A DNA stretch of 63,110 nucleotides, the filler included, from Octopus bimaculoides (lineage: Eukaryota): assembly GCF_001194135.2 (NCBI RefSeq). It is 4 parts of 4 records of this genome, joined end to end, with 100 filler letters (N's around TTAATTAATTAA, not from the genome) between each part and the next. Parts side by side here need not be neighbours in the genome. Positions count along the whole stretch, not along the records: positions 8,333 to 14,981 come from NC_069002.1; positions 15,082 to 38,569 come from NC_068985.1; 2 more parts are not named here. One strand, 5' to 3'. Below the pieces are notes generated by a model. That model was not told where the DNA came from and did not search any database. It was given only the letters and a program-made list of their open reading frames with translations. Shown here piece after piece: positions 12,306 to 24,559 of this stretch (position 1 is its first letter; each line of letters begins with the position of its first letter). The translations under genes were made by a program, and so were the position numbers.

Positions 12306-12584
12306 CCGATGAATGAAAACTGCGGATGAGAGTGTGAGTATAATGGTAAGAGAGAGACAGGGTGAACGAGAGGGAGGGAAAGACAGAGACAGTTTAGGGG
12401 TCAATGATAGGGATGACACCTTGTCCAGCCCTAAAAAAAAGGCGTTATTAGCTAAGTAGTCCCACCCCACCCCCTCCACCCCATATAAATATATATCTAT
12501 ATATAACAAGATTATACACACATAGACACACATATATAATACAAGATACACACACATACATATATCACGAATGCACACACACAA

Positions 12585-12617
<33 letters not shown>

Positions 12618-13027
12618 ACAAGATTACCCATACACGCACAAGCACAACCACAATCATACACACACACACACACACACACACGCTCGCACATATACACATA
12701 CATCCACATCCACACATAATCAAAGGCGCTGCAAAGGGACAGAATATGTTGTTGTTACTGCTGTTGTTGCTTTTGATGCTGTCGGTGTTACAGTTTAAAC
12801 TCGGGGTCAACCCCCTATTATGAAGAAGCTAATGAATTTATGATCAAAGACATTCCACCCGTGACCTTCCCATTCCCCCACCCACTTATATAAGGCACCT
12901 GGGGGCCAACTTACCCACCCATGCCCCCATCCCTTTCACTGCTATTTTCCCCAAAGACATTTGGATTCATATTATCTAATGGGTCCACGCCCACCCTTAT
13001 TTCCTAATACGGTGGCTGGTGTTTGCT

Positions 13028-13315
13028 GAGGGAAATTTGGCTACTATTTCTCGCACCCAGAGGCTCCACCCTCGGTCAAGATAATGTTGCGAGGGAGATT
13101 TGGTTGCTATCTCTTACACGTACAGGCCCTATTCTTCGACAGGATAATGTTGCTGAGAGAGAGATTTGGCTGCTATTTCTCGTACCTAGAGGCTCCACTC
13201 TCGGCCAGGTTAATATTACTGAGGGAAACGTTGCTGCCGTTTCTTTCAGGTAGAGGCTCCATCCTCGATCAGGATAATGTTGATGAAGGAGATTTGGCTG
13301 CTATTTCTCGCATGG
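13028..13315 (+). repeat. ~64-bp minisatellite, ~4.5 diverged units
   Basis: Units start near 13028, 13091, 13157, 13221 and 13285; core gag(a)tttggctgctatttct..ggataatgttg. Confidence 0.85.
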
Positions 13316-13339
13316 TTCGGGATAATATTTCCTGTGGTT

Positions 13340-13510
13340 GTGGTGTTTAGCCCCAGGTCAATCCAGATTGAGCAGTGTTTCATTGAAGTCATTCCGACCA
13401 TGGCATACCTTCCTATTTTCCTAGCCCAGCGTTATATAGAACGGCACTGTTTTCTGCGACGCAAGGACACGATTTGATGGGAGATTTGGCTGCTATTTCT
13501 AGCATGGCAA
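13340..13510 (+). mobile_element. SINE-like dispersed repeat (related pieces at ~12790-12875 and ~56410-56590)
   Basis: Shared gtttagccccag(g/a)tcaa..gagcag start and gatttggctgctatttctag end. Confidence 0.55.
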
Positions 13511-14199
13511 ACAACCAGCCAAGTATATATACCGGTTCTCTTTTGGCTTGGGTTATAGAGAAAAATGATGAGGGCGGCGGCAGCGGTGGTGGTGATGAAA
13601 GGGGTTGGGGGTATGTGTATGTTTGGGGTGGAGTAAGGATTGGCGGGAGGTGTGCGCTCGCAGGGTGTGAAAGGGTTCAGCGTTTGGTTGTCAATCGGCG
13701 GAGCTGAAATAATTCGATTAGGCTGGTGATGGCGGTGGCGTCGGTGGTGGTGGTAGTGGTGATGGTAGCGGCGGCGGTGTCAGTGGCAGGCAGTAGGGGT
13801 GTGTGTGTGTNNNNNNNNNNNNNNNNNNNNNNNNNNNNNNNNNNNNNNNNNNNNNNNNNNNNNNNNNNNNNNNNNNNNNNNNNNNNNNNNNNNNNNNNNN
13901 NNNNNNNNNNNNNNNNNNNNNNNNNNNNNNNNNNNNNNNNNNNNNNNNNNNNNNNNNNNNNNNNNNNNNNNNNNNNNNNNNNNNNNNNNNNNNNNNNNNN
14001 NNNNNNNNNNNNNNNNNNNNNNNNNNNNNNNNNNNNNNNNNNNNNNNNNNNNNNNNNNNNNNNNNNNNNNNNNNNNNNNNNNNNNNNNNNNNNNNNNNNN
14101 NNNNNNNNNNNNNNNNNNNNNNNNNNNNNNNNNNNNNNNNNNNNNNNNNNNNNNNNNNNNNNNNNNNNNNNNNNNNNNNNNNNNNNNNNNNNNNNNATC

Positions 14200-14222
14200 A
14201 TCACTTCTCCACTTTATCTCTT

Positions 14223-14255
<33 letters not shown>

Positions 14256-14423
14256 TCATTATCTCTCAACACTCACACACACGAAAACACACACATGCGC
14301 CCTTCAAGACCACAAATCACCACCTCTCTCTGTCTGTCTGTGTGTGTGTCTCTCTCTCTTTCTAAGCATCGCTTCTCTCTTTCACTGTCTCTCTAAGCAC
14401 CTTGCCTCTGTCTGTTTGTCTTC

Positions 14424-14465
<42 letters not shown>

Positions 14466-14482
14466 ATCACATCTTCTTGTGT

Positions 14483-14552
<70 letters not shown>

Positions 14553-14805
14553 CTCTCTCTTCCTAAGCATCACCTCTCTCTCTCACTGTCTCTCTAAGTA
14601 CCTTGCTTCTGTCTCTTTGTCTTTCTCTCTCAACATCACCTCTCCTTGTGTCCCTGTCTGTCTGCCTCTCTCTCTTTCTAAACCTCACTTCTCTCTTTCA
14701 CTCTCTCTCTAAGCACCTTCCCACTCTCTCTCACTCTCTCTCAACATCATCTCTCCTTCTCTCTCTCTCTCTCTTTCTATCTCTCTCTCTCTCTTTCTCT
14801 GTCTA
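14200..14805. repeat. (CT)n-rich complex repeat with recurring ctaagcatc..ctctct..cactgtctctctaagcacc unit
   Basis: Units at ~14362, ~14564 and ~14680. Confidence 0.85.
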
Positions 14806-14981
14806 ACCACCACCACCATCTCTCCTTCCTCCTCCTCCTGTCTCCCACTCTTCCACTTCAACCCACCCCCAACACGACTAACACTCTATAACCCTTATTT
14901 TTTACAATTTGCGGTCGAATCACACGAACGACGACCTCGAAAGGTGGCAGCGGAGGCAGCGGCGGTGGAGGTAGGGGGGGG

Positions 14982-15081
14982 NNNNNNNNNNNNNNNNNNN
15001 NNNNNNNNNNNNNNNNNNNNNNNNNTTAATTAATTAANNNNNNNNNNNNNNNNNNNNNNNNNNNNNNNNNNNNNNNNNNNN
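14982..15081. other. Artificial scaffolding spacer N44-TTAATTAATTAA-N44
   Basis: Same 100-bp construct. Confidence 0.95.
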
Positions 15082-15417
15082 TCTCTAGAAGAAATGGAAA
15101 AACTTTCAAAATACAAAGACCTGGAAATAGAGGTAACTCGAATGTGGAATCTAAAAATATAAGCAATTCCTATCATAGTAGGTGCCTTAGGTATAATAAA
15201 AAAAATATTCAGACAAATACATAACAAGAACACCAGGACTTACAAATATATATAGCATACAGAAAATTGCACTACTGGGAACTGCACACATCCTCCGCAA
15301 AACACTTTCAATACAGTAACCATAAGAGCACCACAGCAAACCACAGCACATACCCAAGGCGCACAAAGCTACGCTCGGTAGTGAAGTGAAAGCACGTTAT
15401 AAAAATAAAAATACTGA
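15082..15417 (+). mobile_element. R4/Dong-type LINE 3' end, second subfamily
   Basis: EKLSKYKDLEIEVTRMWNL..IIVGALG..IQKIALLGTAHILRKTLSIQ* followed by UTR and (AAT)n. Confidence 0.9.
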
Positions 15418-15439
15418 ACAATAATAATAATAATAATTA

Positions 15440-16160
15440 GTCTCCGAGTGCAGTCTTCTTGCGCCTACAGAGTATCTCAATAGGCATGATAGAGCTGCAC
15501 AATATATTCAGTGGGTAATTTGCAAACACCGGGAGTTACCCCATGATAAGAACTGGTGAGAACCCAAACCACCCCCAGTGCTTGAAAACGATCGCATCTC
15601 ACTCCTCTGGAACTTCACCTTTCAAACCGACACAAAAATAGATGCAAATAGGCCAGACATCATATTGAAAGACTTCAGACAAAAATGACGCGTCCTCATT
15701 GATATGACTGTCTCAAACGATATAAACGTATCTGTCAAGACCTACCAAAAACTGAGCATGTATAAAGATCTTGAAATAGAAATTAGCAAAATGTGGAACC
15801 TGAAGACTAAAACAATACCTGTTGTCATAGGTGCCTTGGGAATGATAGCAAAATGGGCTGATTGTTACCTAGCTCAGATACCAGGAAACCCCAAAATGGC
15901 AGAAATTCAAAAGATAGTGCTCACGGGAACTGCCCATATCTTACGCAAAATACTTCCTATGCAATCTCAAGCTTAAAAAAAAATCACATGATTTTCTTAT
16001 GGTTTCTTAAACATTTTCTAGAACAACACTATGTACAAAACCAAATATCTGGCACTCTAGGCATAGCACCAACATAAAATTCTAACTTGTTGTCTCTTGA
16101 GGTCTCTGAATGAGACTTGGAGCCAACTTGTGCAAATGTAAAGCAAAAGTCAAACATAAA
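15440..16160 (+). mobile_element. R4/Dong-type LINE 3' end, third subfamily
   Basis: CSLLAPTEYLNRHD..LLWNFTFQTD..ANRPDII..IDMTV..YKDLEIEISKMW..VVIGALG..GTAHILRK; starts and ends in (AAT)n. Confidence 0.92.
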
Positions 16161-16166
16161 AATAAT

Positions 16167-16230
<64 letters not shown>

Positions 16231-16233
<3 letters not shown>

Positions 16234-16710
16234 TGCTCTGATGCAGTACCGGGCAGTGGCTCTCATGGCTTCTGATCTTAACTGATTGGAAGTGTTATCA
16301 TGTACATTGTGTTACTGAACAGAATATTTGCTGTAACCCATCTTTTACATCATGTCGGTTGTTTCACTTCAACCAGTTGAGCATGTTCCTCAGTGGCTGA
16401 CGATATATGCATTTCTGATCACGAGCAAAAATATTGGCGAGCATCATAGGCATGTGTTGAAAGGAATTCTTTGGAGTTTGGATAATTCACCTTTGGAAAC
16501 ATGCGTGTTTCGCTCAACATCCTTAAACAGCCCTTATTCAGAAATCTTTTCAGCCGGATGGACTACTCGAGTGGACGAAAATTCTAATTGGGCATCGCCT
16601 GCAAGGTTTTTATCTTTGTATGATAGCACCATGTTGCGCAATTGTGTTTGTGATGCATGTGTGCGGTGTACCCTTATGAAACGGGTAATCATGATAGGTG
16701 TATTAGGCTT
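16231..16710 (+). mobile_element. Element X, copy 2 (retains more 5' sequence, has an internal micro-inversion)
   Basis: Homologous to 11496-11966; begins directly after (AAT)n. Confidence 0.8.
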
Positions 16711-19340
16711 AAGGATTAAATATACTCACAAATCATTTCTTTGTACAAAGATACCAAGATAATTAGTGTCACATACATTTTGTCAAAATACACAGCTGTT
16801 GTATGCCAAATATAGGTAAACTAATTTCAAATCATTTAATTTATTTTATCCTATATATTATCTATTTTGATGCACTAGCACGGCCATTGTATTTCAGGTA
16901 CAATGACATGGCTGACCATCAGAGCCGTTGTGGCAGCACCAAGTATCATCGAGTAACTTCGACTAATATTGATATTCGATCAATATGTCATTGTTTGATT
17001 ATTCTGCCCACCTTCCATCAAATATGATGTCAGATAAAAGCGTATCATAATGAGTATTTGTTTTGTCGATTCCTGGTCGATAAGAGTTGGAATGCCAATT
17101 TAAGTCTTTGTATTGACAAAAGTTATTAGCATAAAATTTCATTCATGTGTTTGTTTAGATCCCACAAGAAAAAAGGAGTACGTCTTACGACTTGGCATTC
17201 ATATATGCAATAATATTATACGTTCTGTTTAACGGACAAGAAGGAATTGATATAGTCATGACTTAGCATTTGGTTGGACCAATATTAATAGTTATACTAG
17301 AAACTTGAGTATCTAATTTCAGAACAAAGCCAAAAACGAATCTTTAGTGCAGACACAAACACATGCAAACACTGAGACCACACACACACACACGCACACA
17401 AAAATACACACATACTCACACACACATAGGCACACACTCACGCACACACGCACATACGCAGACACACAGTAACAAAGAGACACGTTAGAAAATATATATA
17501 TAAGTAGAGAGTAACGCAAAAACATTACGAAGGATTTATTATAAATAGTTAGAATTATTTATGAATATATCAATTGCCAAACATATAAAATATGAAGAAG
17601 AAAAACGTTTCTAATTATGAACAAGTCACAATTATAATTAAGAGAGTTAAAAATACCCTTACATGTTAAAAATAACAGCCAAACCTGCTATAAATCCATT
17701 ATGTCATTCATATCTGTTCTGCTCACGGTAGAGACTGTCCTTCGGCGACATGGCAAATATAATCCACAACTTCAAAATAGCTGGTTAATTTCCTATTGCA
17801 ATTTCGGCATTAGGGAACACTTAAGGGTTGGGGGCATTCGCCTCGTTAGTGGAAATATTACTATAGATAGAAATCAAACAAGACTTTACCTTGGGTCTAG
17901 CAGGAATCGCGACCGGCATAGAAATATTTTCAACTCTATCTACGCTCCCAAGCTTTCAATTCAAATGCCATACACAGTGCTTACGTGAAAAGACTGGTGA
18001 ACTCGAGCCACGGCAAAATCACCAGATATGTGTACGAAAAATATAAATAAGCAGAGAGTATAGTCTTAATCATATTTTTGTCAGTATATATATATATATA
18101 TATATATATATTTGACAGGAAGGACAACAAAAGAAAGAAAGAAAGAGACCTCGATATTACGCAAACTCAGAGACGACAGTAACACCAGTAGCAAGAGCAA
18201 CATTAATTACCATAGTAGCACCGAATCAATAACACGAGAGAGGAGACAATAATAGAACTAATAACAATAAGAAGGAGACCTTCGTGGCACTAATCTCCCA
18301 AAGGTATTTATACCACCTCTCTCACTCCACACTCTGTCTTTTTTCTGTCTCTTCTTCTCTCTTCAATTTAAACGAAAGAATTAAATGACGTTCATGGATT
18401 TAGAAAAGAATTGCTGAGAAAACGGAGCTTGTACCCTAGCTGAAATCGGTAGGGAACCTGTTACATATCGCTGTGTGAGTTTAACATCGTCTCAACAGAA
18501 CTAGTTTGGAAACACTGGTAAACTTTCTATATCTAAAGTGTAGATCTTTCCAGACATCTCTACGTTAGATAATGCTACTGCGTTTACGTGTGATGTTTTT
18601 GCCGAGTTTTATGCTTTTAAATGGGGTGCGGTATGTAAATAATGCAGTCTGTCACTCGCCATCTAATATCGGGGGAACAAATAATTATCAGAGGAAACAT
18701 TACAACCTATATTGGTCAAAAATAGAATTTTCTAGGTGTTAAGCAGCTAATTTATTATGCAAAGTGTAACAAAGATCAACACCAAGAGTATAAAGATCAT
18801 TCAAAATAAGAACTTGTTCAGTCCAAGAAAAATATCATGTTCAACGAAGGTAAAATTTTACAAGTGTAGATTAGTTAAAGTTATGATTTTGCATACAAAA
18901 GATAATTGTCTAAGACATGAATATATAAAATAAGGTCAAAGTGTATAAAACAACGGGAATATATTATAAAATGTTAATGAAGGCAAATGTAATGTAAATA
19001 ACTATAAATTAGGACTTATACAGGGCTTAGGAATGATAAAAATGATGAAACCAGAAATATAGAATTAATGAAAAGGAAGACACAAGCAAGGCATTTTGTA
19101 ATACAAGAGATTTCAGATTTTGAAATTTCTCTTAAACGTCCAGGCGAGTAGGAAGAGAATGTCAAATAACTACTCTGATTAAATTAATACGTTTTGTTTT
19201 GATATTGAATTCTGTTCCAAGCGTGGATATTCCTAGATTTATCTATGAAATTAAACTATATATGTGTGTGTGTTTTAGCGAATGGTATTTTCTATAAACT
19301 GACAAGGCGAGTTAGCTTTAACCCTAGGCAACGGAGTTAC

Positions 19341-19385
19341 GTCACCGACGACGATGAATTTAATCAGAAATCACCGTGATATGGC
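19341..19385 (+). ncRNA. Putative (probably decayed) minimal type I hammerhead ribozyme
   Basis: GTCA-CCGACGA-C-GAT-gaattta-ATC-A-GAA-ATCAC-C-GTGAT-A-TGGC fits stem I / core / stem II / GAA / stem III / H17 / stem I. Confidence 0.5.
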
Positions 19386-19675
19386 ACCCTTACATGCTTA
19401 GGGGGCTTGTCTCCCTTGTCAGACAATAGATAAGTACTTTTCTTACAGCAAATCTCCTGCTCGTGGCTAAGAATTGTTTAAACTCTTAATTTTTAGCAAT
19501 ACTTGTACTTACTTGCACCCTTAGTCACTCTTGGGGCCATATGTACTTATGCCATTTGGTTTTAAATTGCGAATAGCCACTTTAATAATTTATATATACA
19601 CACACACGCACACACACTCACCCCCCACCCCACATATATATATTCCGAATTTGTGTAAATGTGTATAGAATCATG

Positions 19676-20925
19676 TATCAGCTGAATAAAATCAAAACAT
19701 GGTCTGGTTTTCACGGTTTTTATTATGGTATTTTAAAGCTATTTATACATTTTTACACTGTTGAAGTGTGTTAGACATTAAAAAAATATTTTGTAAGGTT
19801 TCTAAAGTTCAGTTAGCACTTTCATACGTTCGTAGTAATTATCAGATTTCAAAATATTTTTTTTTGGCAGTTAAGTTCTTGACAACTGTAGTAAAATGAC
19901 CGACTTCTTTTTTTTTGTATCTCTTAGAACGTCCCAACAAGCCAAATTTCTGGATTACGGTTTTGACCAATCCTCATGCAGCTTAAACATCACGGTTTGC
20001 CGGGCTTACCTATATTACTGGCATAGTTACCGCGTTTATATTAACCAATTAGCTTTCGGTTTACAAGTAATGGTTTCATGAGTGAGCAAACGTTTTGATC
20101 GATTTTATTTCAATTAGTGGGAGACTTCTGTAATTTGTTTATATTCTTATGTTAAAGATATTTTAAATCCACATCATTAACTGGTTGTTATATCATTGTT
20201 GTTATCATTGTTGTTCTTTCCGTTCTGAACAGGTTTGAACGTATTAATAAACCGTCATTTTAAATCTTTCGTTCAACGTCACTTCTGTAGTTTGTGGAAA
20301 GGAAAATTGGAAACATTTTCTGACTACATGTTTCTATGTTTGCTCAATGGAATTTGGCGAACATTAATGTTCCGGATTTGTAGTCAGTGGACTCGTAAAC
20401 ATTCACATAATGCATTCCCTGTCTTCCCAATATATAGTTCCTTGCAATACGGGCATTTAATGTAGTAGATCAAATTTCAGCTTTTGCAGTTCACATCTGC
20501 ATTTGCGAAAATCTGTCCATTTTTTTTTTTGTTCTGATGAATCTACCAGCATGCATGCATTGACATGTTCCGCATTTGTTATCATTACACTTGGATACTG
20601 TGAAAGTTTTATCTCGTTTGTTCATGTTGAATTTTGCCTTTGTTAATTGTTTATGTATTCCAAAAATTCGTCTTGTTGGAGCCTTTTAAGAGGTGCAAAG
20701 AGGAAGAAGTCAGTCATTTTACTACAGGCGTCAAGACCTCAACTGTCAGTGAAATACATTTTGAAATCTGATAACTGATACGAACGTTTGAAAGCGCTAA
20801 TGGAACTTTATGAACGTTACAAAATATTTTTATATATTTAATACACTTGAAAATTGTAAAAAATCTATATCTTTTTAAAATACCATAATAAAAAACGTGA
20901 AAATCAGACCACGTTTGAACTGATA
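19676..20925. mobile_element. MITE/foldback-like element with ~260-bp imperfect inverted repeats
   Basis: 19676-19949 is the reverse complement of 20663-20925 (roughly three quarters identical by eye); both ends read TATCAG. Confidence 0.78.
20220..20662 (-). mobile_element. Penelope-like element GIY-YIG/Zn-finger fragment, decayed
   Basis: LTKAKF..KCNDNKCGTC..CKS*NLIYYIKCPYCKELYIGKTG..LRVH..IPLSKH. Confidence 0.88.
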
Positions 20926-22445
20926 TATATATATATATATATATATGGCATATTTAGTTGGTATGTAGAAAGAATCTGTAGATGGTGTTTAATTTCGTGT
21001 CATCATGTCAGAAGGTACAAAGACACAAAATCTGATAGGATTGAAGTATGCATTTGCATATAGTTTGCCAAGCTTGATATTCCTTAAAGTGAATAATATT
21101 TTGATTTGATTAAACAAAAGTATAGAAATTCTGCAAGCAACAAGGGAAACAAATGACAAAATACTGGTTGATTTAAGATAGAATAAGTAGAAAATAGGGA
21201 AACAAACAATTTTTGGTGTTTTGAAATCAGTTTTTATACAGCGTGAGAAATGTCACTTATATAATCGTCCGATATCGGAAGGAGAGCTTACTTGCAAAAG
21301 ATACGAAAATATACGCTATATGTGTGTGTGTGTATGTGTGTGTATGTGTGTGTGAATGTGTGTGCGAATGTGTGCGTGCGTCTATGAGTGTGTGTATGTG
21401 TGTATAGAGGGATGGTGCTGCCATTGTTGGATGGCATGCACTTTGCATATGACACATTTACAGCAAAATGTATTTGTATTTGATGTCATTGATATTTAGA
21501 GTATGATCCTGTTTCGTTAACTCCATTCCGAACATCGCATCAGAATAGAACTAAGATTAAATGTAAATAATTTATATTAAAATTTGTACAGGTTTCATTA
21601 GAAATAAAAGTCAACACTTCTAATATCCACACATATCAATTCCGAGTTGGCGTTAAAGGATTTACTACCATCAGTAATGCTTAAGGAAGAAATCTGTGAC
21701 ATAAGTGGATTAACAACTCTGAATATTCTATGAATAGAATAACAGGAATGAGAATGCGAAAACACATTTGACACACGCATAGATAGCAAGATGTATACCA
21801 TTTTAATCGATGTGGGAAGATGGTTACCTTTTAAAATCTATGCCATTTACAGTTTTGTGGTTTATGAAAAGCATTATGATAAGTATTCATCGCAAAATAA
21901 TTAAATGTCTTTGTATCCTGTACGCTGCAATGAATGTCAGATTTATTATAGTCATTTTCTTCGTATCATTCTAAAATGGTTCTTGCTAAATGAGCATAAG
22001 AATAAAGGCTTGATATCAGTAAGTCTGAGCCAAACCTGCCAAAGTTTTGAGTTAGCAAAAACTAAACATTGTTTTCCGATAACTTTAGCCACACAATTTG
22101 AAATGAGGGAGTAGTTACTAGGAACAAGGTTTTAGTGTTTTTAATGTTTTAATATTATTGGCTAATGTTCTGGTATGTAATAAGTTTGCCGGTATTATAT
22201 GAAAAGTTACGCTTTAAATTTGTAGCCATTTGAATACAAATATTATGGTGAAATTTATGGCTGAAGAGGATATGTATTTTAAGAAAGTCCGAAATGTTTA
22301 CAAGATTAACATTGAATGGAAATTAATACAAGTTCACGTTTCATATTCCAATTTGTATATGTTGATATGGAACACTACATATTCGCGTTAACAAAAATTC
22401 CAATTATTATCTTACTGAAAAATTATATATATATATGTATACATA

Positions 22446-22491
<46 letters not shown>

Positions 22492-22501
22492 NNNNNNNNN
22501 N

Positions 22502-22668
22502 AGGTGGTGTAAACAACAAAAGGATGTATTAGTTTGACTCTCGGGAATACAGAAAGTCTTTAACGTTTCGAGCTACGCTCCTCAACAGAAAGAATACGGA
22601 GAAAACAAGGAGAAAAACACGGAGAGAAAAAAATTGAATGGTGTTTGGTCAACGATCTATCATGGCTT
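22502..22668 (-). mobile_element. ~190-bp dispersed element carrying a variant hammerhead-like motif (copy A)
   Basis: Homologous to 42810-43010; motif at 22556-22594. Confidence 0.75.
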
Positions 22669-22684
22669 CATATATATATATACG

Positions 22685-22750
22685 TCTACCAAGGTGCATT
22701 CCAGTGGGACTGAACCTGGAACCATGTGGTTAGTAACCAAGCTACTTACC
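22685..22750 (-). mobile_element. tRNA-SINE head fragment
   Basis: Minus strand ggtaagtagcttggttactaaccacatggttccaggttcagtcccact (A/B-box-like). Confidence 0.7.
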
Positions 22751-23084
22751 ACTCACAACTACTCACGACCACTCACAAACAATGAAATCATTTTAAATGA
22801 CATCTGAGATATTGCCTACTTATCCTCGGCAAAATTTAATCCTGGTCATCAACAGCGAACCTGAGAGTTTAATTTCTTCTGACTAACACACCTCATTGCA
22901 TTTTTCTTAGATAATTTACTAGAATTCTGTACTCAAATATTTCTCGCTAAAAATATTTCCGATTCGCCATAAGCTCAATTATATAACTCACTCTTAAATG
23001 TTAATCAGTCTCAAATTTGTACTATGTAGATAGGTTAAAAAAAAAAAAATCTCGAAATATTTCCTTGTCATGGACGTGAAACTA

Positions 23085-23276
23085 TAGTGAGAAGATTGCT
23101 TCCCAACCATATGGTTCTACGCTGAATTCCACTACGTAATAGTTTTACAATTGTCTCGGAATGAGCAGCACAAATTTGAGAGTGGATGAGGTAGACGGAA
23201 ACTGAAAAAAACCCATCGCATGTATTTCTAAGTCTCTTATGTCTGCCTGTCTTTCTCTGTATGTAAATATGCGTGT

Positions 23277-23337
<61 letters not shown>

Positions 23338-23530
23338 TGAGTCTATTTTCTTGCCCCGTGACAGCTTGACAACCGGACTTAGTGTGCTAACGCCCCAGCA
23401 ACCGACCGGTTCAGCAAAAAGGAAACGATGGAATAAATGCTAATCTTAAAATATAAGAAATGGGTTTGATTTGTTCAACTGAAATTCATCAAGACGGTGC
23501 TCCATCACAGCTGAAGTCTAATGACTGAAA
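23085..23530 (+). mobile_element. tRNA-derived SINE with internal (GT)n, diverged
   Basis: ttgcttcccaaccatatggtt..gtagacggaaactgaa..cttgacaaccg..aatgactgaaa. Confidence 0.75.
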
Positions 23531-24559
23531 GAAGTTAAAACAGAAAAAAGATATAGATTTCACGTGTAAATAATGTGCGTAAAACTCCAAGTAGTTGAAC
23601 AGGATACCTAATTACACACACATGCGTATGTGTGCGTATTGTGTGTACATAGCTGTGCGTTAATATACATATGAGGTTATACAGATACACAGATGTTTTT
23701 GAATATGCACAAACACAAATACTTGCGCATAAATACTTTCATACATACGTAATAAATATGTCAATTGTTGCAGTTTTTAAATATATGACGCTATTGAATA
23801 TATGTGTTTTGTGCATACAGTATTGTTTATTTTTTTGTCATTTGAGAATCAAATAAGGGTGTTCATAAGTAGGATGTTGTCACATAGACACGTGTACGGA
23901 ATAAACAAATACATATTATGTTTGTGCGTATATGAGAATGTATTTATTATTGTTTGAGCTTTAAAAAGGTATGCTCTAGCACACCTCCCATATATTTATC
24001 CAGTAGACACTATTCTACATTTTTAACAAAAAAAACAAATGTGTTGTCAGTTATATTCTACATCTAATTGTCACTACAATAGCAAGCTCAATCACAGTAA
24101 TTGACGTATTCATATACAATCATAGATAACATCATCGCCGTCAGTATCATTATTACCGATATTTGTTCTTTTCATTGTTGGTCACCGTTGCTTAGTTAGA
24201 AATGAACACGGCTTCATTAGATATATTATTAAGGGCCTTCTAGCCGTAAGCACCCAAACTGTAATTTTCAGACTACAGACGCACCCTTACTGTAGCTCTA
24301 TTTATGCAGGTTATTCCTCTTACATACGCCATTTTTTTACAAATTTATTAAAGTGGAGGTCATCAAATATCTCTTTATCCTCACCTTGCTTCGAAAACGT
24401 CGATGACGGCCTATCAAAAAAACAAAAAGACCTTTTCAAGCCTTTCATTCGCATCAAAAGGAAAACATTTTTGCTATAGCCAACAAAGAGAGGAAAAATA
24501 CCTGCTATTCCCACACAAAGGAAGCTGACTGGTGATCTTCACTTGGCTGATGGCCGGAT

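Noticed and set aside
13028-13315. CRISPR-like repeat/spacer appearance
   Set aside because: The 'spacers' are homologous to each other, the repeats are degenerate, there are no cas genes, and the context is eukaryotic
18540-18640. Integrase-like TLDNATAFTCDVFAEF..KWG
   Set aside because: Only one short motif, with no flanking integrase similarity or LTRs
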